Shown: one piece after another, positions 1-12,936 of the stretch
Position numbering within the stretch: position 1 is the stretch's first letter
Layout of the letters: each line of letters opens with the position of its first letter
Assembly: GCF_041956535.1 (NCBI RefSeq)
Contig: NW_027192193.1
Coordinates: 983,192-1,047,191, forward strand
Source of the DNA: Calcarisporiella thermophila CBS 279.70
Taxonomy: Eukaryota; Fungi; Calcarisporiellomycota
Length of the DNA stretch: 64,000 bases
Direction of reading: 5' to 3'
Made by a program: the position numbers and the translations under genes
The notes under the pieces: model-generated
Seen by the model: only the letters and a program-made list of their open reading frames with translations
Told to the model about the DNA's origin: nothing
Database searches by the model: none

Positions 1-2482
1 TCACTCGTGTGCTCAGAGCCAATAGCATTTCGCTACCCTCACGCTTCATTTCCTTACACGAGCTCAGCAGATTCTTTGCTACGGTCCGCACACGATCTAC
101 TGTGAACTCGGTGAAGAATAATACATCGAGTAGCCAAGTACAAAGGTCGGCGAAGCGCTCGCGCTCTGCCCAACCACTTATGCAGAATAACTCTGATAGC
201 CACGAGCATGCAAAAGTGTCATTGCCGAAGCCAGTGGCGGCCTCGTACGATGCAAGAGCATTGGAAAGCCGAGTGGTAACGTCCTTATAGTCAATGCGTT
301 GCCAGCCATTCTCACCTTCTTCGTTAGGAACTCGGAGATTGGATTGGAAAATTAGCTCTTGGAACAATACCAAATAAGGACGCAACTCTTCTGATAGATC
401 TTCAGCGGGAAGACAGATTTTTAGACTCACAAACGTAGAATCTGCCTCAACTATTTGCACAAATTCAAACGGTCTCGCACTACGCTTTTCGTTTTCGAAG
501 CAAGCAGGAACTTTGTTGATGGTCATCTGTGCAGGTAGCCTTGGAACACTGACCAGTTCCGGAATTTTAGGCATAGCTTGCAACACGTCTGAGGGCACGT
601 TGATCTCGTTTGCTTTCACAGCTCGCTTGACCTCTTCTTTAAGCTTCTTCAGCCCGTCCACCCCGAGTTTTTCCACGCGCGCCTGCTGCTCACTATGATT
701 ACGCATTTCAAGCTCCTTTCCCAATTGAGCGTCGGGTAACATGCAAACTTCAACCATTGGAGCATCGATCAACCATTTTTTGGCTAATTCAATCCAAAAG
801 ACGTCAGGTCTGGAAGCCAGGTCATCCAAGATATTAAAAATATTAGCCCTCGTGCCAATCGTGAAGTCCCCTTCTCCATTTTTACATTTGGAATGAGGAG
901 AGAAACTGTTAATGAGCACATCCGGGATAAGGTAGGCAGCTATTACATCGTGAGGATCATCCTCAAGTGCTTCACGAATTTTAGTACGATGTCGCGCAAC
1001 AATAGAAGGCATGATGCCCGGCTTTGGGAAACCAGTATTGATAAGCTGATGTAGAATCGATAGGACCTCACTATGGAAAAAACCGGGCTTAAATGGATCT
1101 ATTTCCTTCTCCATTTCAGTTTCCTCTTCTTCATGGTCGTCATCATCATCGTCATCATCCTCATCGTCGGCGTCATCATCTTCTTCGTCATCATCTTCCT
1201 CATCGCTTTGATCATCTTCATTCTCAGCTTCCTTGGTCTCCCCATCTACCCTCTTATCTCCCTCTCTCTCTAACTTTTGCACTGGAACCCCGCTAAAAAT
1301 TAGGAACATAAGGGTATGCACGTATCCTTTAATTTCAAAGTCGATATGGTTGCTTAGAGGATTGCGACGCTCAACGAATCTCTGAGCAAAAGGAGAAGCT
1401 GAAGTTTCATGCAAATAACGGAAAAGCACATCAAGTGCAACGATTGTATATAAATCCTGAAAGTCTGGACCACGCCATCCATACCCAATCGATCCAAACT
1501 CCTCATCAGAAGACGGAAAGCGTACAACATCACAGTGCACTAAGCCTTTCTTATCCGCACTGATTCGCGTGTCATCGATTACTCGTGGGACGCGAGGAAT
1601 AGTTGCTTTATCCAGCAAATTTGGTTCTGCGGCAAGTCTTCCGCAAATACTTTCAGCATCTAGATTGTCTCCCGCAATGATTATTGTAATGGCATCAACA
1701 TGGTAGAAATCAGAGTGATAAGCTTTGATGCGTTCGTTAGTTAGCCTTGCGATATCGGGAGTAAGACCTCCACATTCGTATGAGTATGTAGTTTTATTTT
1801 GAAACAAGTGTCTGCGTAAGGCATGGTCTAACTATTAAAATGACATACAAATTGAGTATACGCAATTCTTTGAATATGACAAGGCCATCCTTCTCTTACC
1901 AAATCAGCTTCAGATTTCTCCCTGGAAAACATTTCTGAGAATACAACCCCCTGCTCTTTGGCTTCACCGTCGACATGGTAAACTTCTGTGATGAACTGTT
2001 CGTCACGCAGTGTAGGATGTAAAATATGATCAAGGAATACTGGGAGAACTTCCCGTAAACCCTGCTGTCCCGCAGTACATATGGTATAGCCTGTGTGATC
2101 TTCTGTTGTATACGCATTTGTGCCAGAAGAGAGGGAGCGATTTGCAAGACAATCGAGATGCCCGCGATGCGGATAAGACCTTGATCCACAGAAAATCACT
2201 AAAATGTATTAAAACAAATCGTTAAAACATATAACTGTACGAGCATTATTAATATAATATAAATTGAGATGGATTAGTACAGTGTTCAAGTGTGTGTGGA
2301 AGCCCCTTATTATCCTCAGCAAGTGTCGGAACAACTATCGTTGCAGTACATAACGGCCCAGGTACATGAGTGAACACTACACGTAGCCCCGATGAACGAC
2401 TACGATACACACGCACTGGAGCGTTGCGTGTCGGAAGAGCAAACTCGAGCTGACTTTCGAGATAAAATTCTGATGCTAACAT
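1..2482 (-). CDS. M16 (insulinase-family) zinc metallopeptidase, 3' end outside window
   Basis: Inverted zinc motif GLPHTLEH|LIFCGS, then NAYT..DHT and GVVFSEM; two short introns, then a long open exon running off position 1 that includes an acidic insertion (~1100-1260). Confidence 0.88.
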
Positions 2483-2989
2483 ACTGAAGATGATCTAACA
2501 GACATCTGGAATCCTTAACTCTATCCTATTGATTAAGACCACGTAAATAGTAGTCACGTCCTTAAAATGGATCGAATATTGGGTGTTTCACCCAAATTGC
2601 AAGTGAATGTATTCGACCTTCGATTAAGTAATGAATGCTGTTTCGGTAGTATTGGCAAAAGATATACAGTGGCTGCTCTTCGATACAAAAGCACTCTTTC
2701 GTCAAAGATCTCAGGATATCTAGAAAGACTGTGTTAAATTTAGACACCTGAGAAATTTGCATGTAAGGGGATAATCCAAATACAAAAAAGATCATATCCA
2801 TGGCACCACTATAATATATTGTGTCAGGAAATATAAATAACCAAAATCAATCTAGGGATTACAAATAAATGGTGTGGTATCCCAACACACGATGGAAATT
2901 TATAATGATAACAACCTAGTGAAAAAGTTTGAAAGTTCATATCAAATATTACAAGGGTCTAATCATGTCTAAAAAATACATATATAAGG

Positions 2990-3985
2990 TTATGTGCTTA
3001 TCTGAATAGTGCGGCTGAAAGAGTTGCTCTTCACAAGTCGCGCTCTGTCAACGCGGATCGCCTGAACCTCATCTAGGGCAGCATTATGGTTTCCATGAAA
3101 AAGTATAAACTGCACAAAGATGGTGAAATCAAAAAGTAATGTCCCAAAACTGCCAAGAAGCCAAGGCATATTAATAAGAAGATAGCGCGACTCTAATGAA
3201 TGTAATAGTATCGACTAAAGAAGATGAAATCAAAAGACACTTAGCACTATTTATATATGAAGGTACAGAAATAAATTACCAGAATATACGATGTGTTGCC
3301 AAGAACTGCAAAAAAGAAAAGAAAAGGGGAGAGTCCTTCGCATGACTTTTGCCGAAAATTCTTGATTATTTGTGGCATTCGCGAGCATAAATAGAAGAGG
3401 CATGAACTCCATCCCACGATTCGGGGAACCCATTTTAGATAATTATCCGCTAAAGTTTTCCCAACGCTGCTCGCATCCCAAAATGAGTATACGCCAACTA
3501 AACTAATTACCATCATCACGGTCATAACTACAACAAGAATATCGAAAGGACTAAATAACCGTCTGCTTTCCCCATTATCAAGCAGTGGAGTAGCCTCTTC
3601 AATTTGTTCCAGTCGCTTGGCTCGGTAATAATATACTTGGCTAATTATGCATACATCAGCGCACACATAATACACTCCTAACAAAAACTTTAGAAGCACT
3701 ACCATTAGAAAACAATTATATATGTCAGCAAAGATATCCAACCTGTGTGAAAAGAAGATCTTCCATAATAACGCCCATGAGATTCATACTATCGCCTAAC
3801 AACCACACCAATAGGAATCCAAGCGAAAGACCTTCGCCACTTTTGCGTCGGTAATTTTCAATCAACTGAGGGGTGTACACCAATATCCAGCATGCTATTG
3901 ACATACTGCCCGCGAAGGCCGACCAATTGATTGAAGACTTCCCGGCAATCGCTGACCAATTGTCATTTTGAAATAAACTTGTCAT
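2990..3985 (-). CDS. PQ-loop vacuolar cationic amino-acid transporter (Ypq/PQLC2-like)
   Basis: Two PQ-loop repeats (WILVYTPQLIENYRRKSGEGLS; SRMPQIIKNFRQKSCEGLS), acidic dileucine EEATPLL, last exon PWLLGSFGTLLFDF. Confidence 0.9.
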
Positions 3986-4681
3986 TAAGAATTGTAATAA
4001 AAAACTGTTAACGGGGTAATCATGAATCGTTTTGGATTTATGCCTGCCTCTGAGCATGTGACCGCTAAAGTCACGTTGGGCAGTAATTAAGATTACCTGA
4101 TAAACAATAATCGTTCTGTTGCTTTAGCATTGGGTGTCAACCTACAGAATAGATAATGATATATTCCCGATAATCTACTGTGCACATCTATCAAGGGACT
4201 TATCGTGATACCTCCACCCTCTATGCCAGTTGTTATCACATCAGCACTATCTTAATCTCTTCGCTTCCCCAATATCAAAAGTATTTATTGAATTAAGAAA
4301 AGTGTGCTATAAAATCCGTAATAATCAATAGGTTCAGGGCAATCGAGTTTTTAATGGCACGAGAGATCTTTGGGGATTCGAGGCTCGTTCTTTATTACAA
4401 TTGCATTGATCGAGTTTATAACCTCATATCTAGAACTAGATCACGACAGAAAAATAATTATTTGGATATATTTCTATACCAATAATTTAATAACATATAA
4501 ACAAAGAACGTAGAAATATTATTTATCTTTATCGATGAGATTAGAAATAAAGGCGATAGGAATCTCTAGTCGAGATTTATTGATTAATTAACTCCAATGT
4601 ACGTTTCTAAGCCACATCCGAAAGATTTGTTTAAGTAGAATATTGTCACAAGTCTAATACGAAGCAATATAGCGAAGAATA

Positions 4682-5820
4682 ATGAACAGGTCCGCCTGGT
4701 TTCTACGTGCGGTGGGCACGAAGTTTTCCCCAAGGTAATAATCATAATCTACATAGATTCGATGGCGTACCACAGTTTTATCGTCAACTAACCAACTAAA
4801 CAATCTATTTGTGGAATGAATTTGGTTGATAGTGCTTTATCCTATAAACGCCCTTTCTCTTCTACTCCTTCTTATTCTACGCAGTCTTCTGCAAATCCCG
4901 AAGAAATAGCAAAATTTTCAGCAATGTCAGCAGCATGGTGGGATCCACATGGCGCATTTTCTCTTCTACATCTAATGAATCCCGAGCGTATTCGCTATAT
5001 ACGTAATCAAGTATTACGCGATGTTCCTGAGCGTATCCCACGTGAACCCCCATTCGAAGGCCTGCGTGTTCTTGATATCGGCTGTGGTGGAGGATTGCTA
5101 TCTGAGGTGTGTGAACTTTTCCTAGCGTGATTCTTCATCTCTCTCACTTCTTTGTGCATAGTCACTTGCCCGCTTGGGGGCTCAGGTAGTTGGTGCAGAT
5201 GCCTCCAAAGAAAATATAGAGATGGCAAAACTACACTATCGAACGGATCCTGGGTTGTCTTCTGGTCCTGGGTCAATAGAGTATCGACACACCACTGCAG
5301 GTAATCACAATTTTCATATATTTGAAAGTATTATTAATTAGACAACCGTTTGCATGCAGAATCATTACTAGAAGAGGGTGAGCGGTTTGATTTCGTGTGT
5401 GCTATGGAAGTGATTGAACATGTGGATTATCCTGCCGAGTTTTTAGAGACATGTGCAGGGCTTGTCAAAGTAATTCTCTGTTTTATATTTCACTCTATTC
5501 TTAAATTAAGTGACTTTTTTTGAATGTAGCCGAAGGGCCACCTCATTCTCTCCACTATGTCTCGTACTCCATTCGCCTGGTTAACTACTATTTTCATGGC
5601 AGAGCGAATACTCGGTCTTGTACCCAGTGGAACTCATGACTACAATAAATATATCCGACCAGAGGAGCTAGTGGAGGCTGTCAAGGCCCTGCCAGGCTGG
5701 ATTTTACGAGATGTGCGCGGGATTGGCTTTGATCCGATTCAAAGACGGTGGTTTAGCTCTGCAACCTTTCCTCCTGCAGGACTGGCTAATTACTTCTTGA
5801 CCGCTCAAAAATTTGATTAA
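4682..5820 (+). CDS. COQ3: Ubiquinone biosynthesis O-methyltransferase Coq3
   Basis: EIAKF..WWDPHG..LHLMNP, VLDIGCGGGLLSE, MEVIEHV, GTHDYNKYIRP; N-terminal mitochondrial-like leader; spliced. Confidence 0.93.
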
Positions 5821-6808
5821 ATATAAGATGCTATTGTATGAAAATAAATCTCCTATTATGTATTCCAGAGGTTGAGGTTTTGTACATATCACTTTATTTT
5901 CTCCTATTGGTGATCAGCACTCGCATTTGAAACTCCAGCCCCAAGTTTCCGCATCGCTAGTGGTATTTAATGTGCGGAAAAAGGGTTTTAGCAGGTCAAC
6001 ATGGCAAATATTACCGGAGAGCCTGTGACATAAACGGAGATATATTTAGATACGACTTCTTAATTTGAAGGTTAGGAAGTCGGCACATCTAAGCGACATC
6101 ATCTCGGAGTACGTCTACTCGATTCATTGGAGCAGTTGGCAGATTATCTTGATTAAAATCATACAATTCCTTGTGAGCCCGCTAAGAGAAAAGAATAAAG
6201 AGCCGCACGAAATAGGAGGGATTCAATTGGTAGGCATCTTGGATCACTTGTGACTGCACTTGTGTCCTCAAGGCATGCACCCCCTTTTTCCGCTTGTAGT
6301 ACTCCTTCCCACAAGCTCTTTATTTTCGCCTTTCCTTGTGAGGTGAAGTGAAAATTTTTTGTATCGGACTGCCAAATGCATCGTCCTGACATCAGGACAC
6401 TTACAGCTAAGGTTCGCTCAATACTCGATTTCTTTTTTTCTATTTACCTGAAATCCATCTTACAAGTCGCTTATAAATTTGAGCCCTTAGGTTCACGGCT
6501 GATAGTGGGATTGCAAATTATTCATCAAGATTAGTTGAAAAGATATCGATTTTTGATTTCGGACCCTTAGTTATAAGTGTCTTCAATATCACCCTAGTTT
6601 GTGTCACTTTCTACCATAAGGCGAAATAATTGGTGTAGACTGCAAACACTTCTTTACTTTTTTCCCGAATTCGGAGCCCAAAATCGCACCAAATCAATCC
6701 TTAAACTTCTGGGATATAAAATAGTTACCACAGGTTTCCCGGCACGGTTCTTTCTCCTTTTGTTTACTATTTTATTTCTTTTTCTTTTGTTTATTTTCAT
6801 TCTAAAGC

Positions 6809-8499
6809 ATGGCCGACGAAAAACATTATGAGCCATCTACGCTGGAACTCGGGAACTCAAAAGCGGATGTCGTGAGTGTTGACGACGCTCGTAAACCTGG
6901 ACCGATCCCAGGCGCAGCCTGGATGATTATTATTACCGAGTTCTGTGAAAGGTTCGCTTACTACGGAGCTTCGACTCTCTTCCAGCATTACATGATAGGA
7001 GAACTCAAAATTGACCAAGGCACCTCCACTGCTATCAATCGTGGATTCATTTTCCTTGCCTACATCACGACCATTTTCGGAGCAGTTGTCGCTGACAGGT
7101 AATTAGAATGCTTCATCAGACTAGTACCGCTGGATTAATAAAGTGGTCCCTCTGTAGCTATCTCGGTAAATTCCGTACCATCCTCATCTTTTCGATTTGG
7201 TATCTCTTCGGCATGGTTTTCCTTACAACTTCGAGCATTCCTACCGTTGACCCTGGGTATCACTTCCCGGGTTTCCTCGTCGCACTTTATGTCTTCATAG
7301 CCTTTGGCACGGGTGGTATCAAATCAAATGTCTCTTCCTTTGCTGCTGAGCAGGTGCCTACTGAGGATGTCGTTGTTCCTGAGAAGAATATCATCTATGA
7401 CCACTCGCTAACCGTGGAGCGCATTTTCCGTTATTTTTATTGGGCTATTAACTTGGGTTCTGCAATTGCACAACTGATGTGTCCCACCCTTGCCAACACC
7501 AAAGGATTTGAGTATGCATTCATGGTGCCTACATGCATTTTTGCAATAGGCATCACCGTCTTTGTTATTGGCCGCTCCCGATACATCACACCATCGAGCA
7601 CTGGTGATCAACGAAATGGAATGGTGACTAAATTGTCCGTACTGGGCAAGTTTGCCGGATGCGTTAGCTATGCCTTAACTCATCGTAAACCAGAACATGA
7701 GCATTGGTTGGATGGGGCCAAATCGGAAAAGGAAGGTTCGCTGCCATGGGATAATAAATTCGTTGACGATGTACGACGCACGTTGAATGCGTGCAAAGTT
7801 TTCACCTTCTACCCCATTTACTGGGCTCTTTACAACAACATGTACGACAATTTTATTAGCGTGGGTTTACGCATGCAGCGTCCCTCATGGCTTGGCCCTG
7901 AACAGCTCCACGTCATCAACAGGTAGGGACATTGAGATGCCATTCTCTTTAACTAGGAATTGTAACTAATAGTTTGCATTTATAGTCTCACCCTTGTTGT
8001 CGCCATTCCTATATTTGACATGTTTATTTTCCCGATGCTTCGTCGCTGTGGATTCAAACTCGGCCCTATCACACGTATCACCATCGGATTTACCATTACT
8101 GCTATTTGCTTTGTATATGTGACTGTGCTCCAGTCTTTCGTCTACAAATCCGCCCCCTACTTCGATTTCTCGATGTCCAATTTGCCCAAGGAAGCTGTTA
8201 ACGATATCTCCGTCTTCTGGCAGATTCCTAGCTACCTCCTCATTGCTATTTCCGAAATTTTTGCCTCTATCACTGGCCTGGAGTATGCATTCCGCGCCGC
8301 TGCACCTGAACTGAAGTCAGTCGTGACGGCACTCTTCCTTTGCACAAACGCTTTTGGAAGCTTGCTTGGCATGATCATTGCGGTCTGGAGCAAGGACCCC
8401 AATTTTGTTATTGTATATGGCGCGGAGACTGCAGTGATTGGTGTTTTCACAATTGTATTTTGGTTCTTATTCCGGAGATATAACAGCGATGTGGAATAA
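6809..8499 (+). CDS. PTR2: POT/PTR family peptide transporter
   Basis: EFCERFAYYG, GTGGIKSNV, FYWAINLGS, SEIFASITGLEYAF; two introns. Confidence 0.93.
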
Positions 8500-8940
8500 T
8501 TCAATGTGTATTATGATGGGATTTTATTTGTGAACTTGTAATATAAGTACGGAATGGTGATCAGGGTTTTTGTATTTTCTTTTTCTTGTGCTCCTTTAAC
8601 GAGCCTTTTTTTAAAACCAGACTGTTCTCTATATTATCACCCTTTTTTTTACTGTAATTATACCCCTCCTCCCTTACTTTTTTTTTGAGAGTTAAATGAA
8701 ATAAAAGTACAATATCATGGACCTCTTATATGGTTAAAGGAATAATGAAATTCATTTAATTTGACTCATTTTTGACCTGGAACTCGAGCTAAATTGCTGA
8801 TTATGTCTCCGATCACTAAAGATCGCTCGTGCCACGGAATATATTTGAAATGTACCGCGAAAAAAATCTTCGTACAAGTCTATTTTCGCAACTTCTAGTA
8901 GAGAAATAGAGCATTTCCGAAGAACAAAAGAACTACAGAG

Positions 8941-9883
8941 ATGGGTTTTCGCCAATGTTGCCAATGTATAAGTAGAATCTATCTCGGCCTTACCAATGCC
9001 TTTTTTTTGCTCGCTGGTATTGGTGTGTTGGTGTTGGGGATTCTCGCCCATATGAATAAGCTCCAAGGTAATTTTAACAGAAATATGCCTCGACCTAACT
9101 TGATAGCTAGAGCTTACTGAAAAATGCTTTTAACTTGCAGTCTCTGATGTGGTGCCTCATGAACTGATGATTGCGATGATAGTGCTCGGGGCATTTATTT
9201 CTTTAACGGTAATTTTCATTAAATATCAATTATAAATATCCCTACTCCATTCTATTTCTCCCATCTTCTTTATGCTAGGCTCTCTTTGGCGTTTTGAGCG
9301 CATTGAGAAAGCGGCGATTATGGGTGCAAATTTACGCGGTTTTCATTGTCTTTATTCTCCTATTCCAAATTGTTATCGCCTGGTTATGGCAGAGAGAATT
9401 AAACTTTGTGGAGAATAACACGTCAAATTTATGGTCGGCGTTAACAGAGGAGCAACGTGTACTCTTCCAACAGACGGTAAACTAAGATTTTCAAGTATTA
9501 TTTAGAACGGATTTGTGACATGATGGCTCTCTTTTGGGGAACCATAGTTTAACTGCTGCGGTTTTGAAAATCCTCTTGATCGAGCCGCAAACACCCCCGA
9601 GACATGTATCCCACATCCCAGCCAACTTGTTGCCATAGGATGCCAACAGGCAGTCACCAACACGATTAAAAAAGAAATAACTACTGTATACATTTTATTA
9701 TTCGTGATTTTGGCGGTGGAAGTGATCGGGCTTGTAAACGCGTGCGTCTTACTCTACTCGCGTCAAAATATAAAGGTAATCATGGGAGAGGATAAGGAAG
9801 ACGAGTTTGAACGGGCAACACGGAGAAAGCAAGCACATGTAAGATTGGACGATAATGACCCGATTAGCTTGGAGAGGATATAA
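8941..9883 (+). CDS. Tetraspanin
   Basis: Spliced model MGFRQCCQCISRIYLGLTNAFFLLAG..., four hydrophobic helices, extracellular loop FNCCGF...TC...GC. Confidence 0.8.
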
Positions 9884-10382
9884 TAGATGCGATTAAATAA
9901 CCTGTGTTTTTCTTACTGTTGTAAAATGTGATATTTTATATTTTTCTCATTTCTATTTTTAATTGTTTAGAGCTTGCATTTTAGTTAATGTGATTCTTTA
10001 ATAACACAATGTGTTCACTCAGTATTTTGCGTAGTTAAATCCAATATTTTCATTCACTTGGCACTTAATGGAGGTATATGGGGCCAACTCTAGGATAGGC
10101 ATCACTGAAAAACTTCATGAAAACACAGCTCGTGTTTGAGATTGATAGGAAATATTGCTTTCAAATTTCAAAGTGGTTAGCCCATAGATTATAGCAAGCC
10201 AGTGTTCTCACTAGGTGTGAGAGTTAGAAATGTATTGAATAACTTTTTAAGAAAAAATTGTGTACTCATTCTGTTCGTGCTTTGGAACTTAAAAATGAAC
10301 AAGTCGGATTTATTTCGCGGAGGAAAAAAAAACTGAAACAAAAATGAAAAATTATCGCTTTACACATATACTCTAAATACCC

Positions 10383-11459
10383 TTATTCCGTTTGCGGCCC
10401 ATAGCCTCGGATGCCCTCGGCAAATCCCCATTCTGTTTCAACGGAGTATGGCTCTGTAATCTCAACACCTTCAGCAGTTATTTTTGCACGTTGGAACTAA
10501 GAGTAAAGGTTGAGTAATTTCAGAGTTAGAAAATAGGCAGTGTAATATAAAAAAGCAGTATATGTACCTTGTTCATCGATCGTGCGTCACGATAATACAG
10601 CACGCGCATACAGTCATCAATAATTTTGATGGCCTCTTCCTCAGTAAGAGTATCCTCTCGACCCTCCACTGCCTTGCGCAAAATAGGCTGTGCCAGATAA
10701 CTTCCATAGCCGGTAGCAACTGTCGAAGCTTGGTATGTAGTGCCAAGGAGATCAACAAAACCAAGGAATCTGGATAAGGGAAAGGAATTAAAATTAGCTG
10801 ATTAGTAAAAAAAGATCTCTTGCAAATCTATATATTAGTATTGTACTTTTCTCCTTTGTGAACTCCTCCCACGACAAATGAATTCCAAAGAGGATTGAAC
10901 TGTGAACGTCTGTTGTACATGACTCGGAATAAATATTCATAGATGTGAGGTGCAGCAAGCACATGGCCATCGTTAGTCTCATATTCCTCAATCCTTGAAT
11001 AGAAATAAAGTTAAGTAATGGGAAAAGAGAATAAGTATATCTATACTTACATGAGCTGATCCATCAGATGTTTCACGTATTGATAATCTGAAATATCACC
11101 CGCAGCCCCCAAGACGGTGTATTCACCAACTGGATAAAGACGCTCCACATCCCGAAAACGGGCCAAAGAACCATAGGAGGCTGAAATAGAAATTTGTGTA
11201 TAAGAAAAAATAACTTATGAATATGCCACGTTATTCTGCTAACATACCGAGACAATCTGCCGCCATCATTATCCCATCCTTGTATTTGATCCCGAGGACT
11301 GATGTTCCCGTGACGATCGGCTGTCTAAATTTGATAAAAAGTATTAGAGATCCATTAGATTCAAAATATTAGAAGAATTGAAAACTACTGGGTCCGAGTT
11401 GTTGCGTTAGAATACACAGGCGCTGTATCAAAAGGGTTGGCGATATTGATATGTTCCAT
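10383..11459 (-). CDS. PRE4: 20S proteasome beta-7 subunit
   Basis: RTQ|QPIVTGTSVLGIKYKDGIMMAAD, C-terminus WGFAEGIRGYG; multi-exon. Confidence 0.92.
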
Positions 11460-11580
11460 GATGTGTGTTAAATGTTCTCTCAGGAAAGGAGAATTGAGCG
11501 AGTTAATCGTGCAAATAAAAATGTGAATACGAGTCGAACGCGTAATCAGTTCGAGTCGTCACTCGTGCCATAAGCCACGA

Positions 11581-11589
11581 ATTGCCACG
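11581..11589 (-). promoter_or_regulatory. PACE (Rpn4 site)-like element upstream of PRE4
   Basis: CGTGGCAAT on the minus strand resembles GGTGGCAAA, ~125 bp upstream of a proteasome gene. Confidence 0.35.
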
Positions 11590-11651
11590 GGCAATGAAAA
11601 GAGGAAATTGTTTACAAGCTTTAGGTATTAAGATCCAAAGTTAATATCACG

Positions 11652-12781
11652 ATGGTAAGTAACGGTTTCGATCATAGCTTGGAGTTGTTTTTTTTATATT
11701 CGAATCATAATTCAATGATCGAATTTAACCTGTTTAATGTTATGATTTTAACTTTAGGCGCGCAATCAAGAGAAAGCCCAGTGAGTTCTCTTTCAAGAGA
11801 TCTGCACAATGTAAACTGTAATGTTGATCTATTTTTTTTTTTCATTTATTAATAGATCTATGCTCTACCGTTTCCGTGAGGCCCAAGCTGCGGAACTTGG
11901 CTTCAAAAAGCGCCCAGACAAGAGGCCCACAAATACCCTTTCCATCAGCTCACTTACAGAGGCAGAAATGTGGCGGCATGATACCATCCGGGAAATTTCA
12001 CGAAAAGTGTCAAGAATTCAAGACAGTAAGATGCAAATTATCCCAATATACATAAGGAGAGGGGCAGAAGATAAACAGGCTTTTTTTTTTTTTAGTTGGA
12101 CTCCCTGAATATCAAATCCGCGATCTTAACGACGAGATAAACAAATTGATGCGAGAAAAATATCGATGGGAAATGCGGATAAAGGATTTGGGAGGACCAG
12201 ATTACAGGGTACGAATATACACTTTGATTTAAGCAGTTGAATAGTGTTTAATAGGCCCTATATTAGAGAGTTGGTCCTCGAATGCTTGATCACGAAGGCA
12301 AGGAGGTTCCTGGAATCCGAGGTTATCGTTATTTTGGACGCGCAAGGGATTTACCGGGGGTTCGTGAACTATTCGAACAGCATGCGCCTGAGGAAGAGGG
12401 CAAGGACCGTTCGGAAATGTATAAAAATATAGATGCAGACTATTATGGGTACCGAGACGAAGAGGATGGAATGGTGCTAGAATACGAAAAGGAGCAGGAG
12501 GCGAGAGGTAAATGAATGACAGAAATATTTAATTTTTGAGAACATTTACTGATGGTTTGATTCCAGCTTTCGCGCGCGCACTTGGTCAAATTCAAAACCA
12601 AACTCAAACTTCCGAGTCCCAAAAGCTTGACCACAAGGGCTCTAAACAACTTAATTACATGGAAGAGACTGAGTTTATTGCGCATGTTCCAGTGCCAACA
12701 CAAAAGGAGGTGGAAGAGTTTTTGGTACGGCGGCGACAACAAATGCTTTTGGATCGATATGTTGTAGAGGAAGCTAAATAG
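11652..12781 (+). CDS. ISY1: Pre-mRNA splicing factor Isy1
   Basis: M|ARNQEKAQ|[43 protein letters not shown]; first coding exon is the ATG alone. Confidence 0.93.
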
Positions 12782-12936
12782 TTCTCTTGTATTATATTTT
12801 TTTTCTTTTTTATTTGAGATTAGCTTTTTTTTTTATAATTCTTTGGCCATGTGTTTTACTCTAAATAATAAAGTATTTGCCTTGTTTATTTCAAATTGAT
12901 TTATTTTCGAACACCTTCACATCAAATGCTGTAACG

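Noticed and set aside
1073-1296. Hydrophobic and His-rich short + strand ORFs
   Set aside because: Antisense shadows of the acidic tract in the minus-strand peptidase
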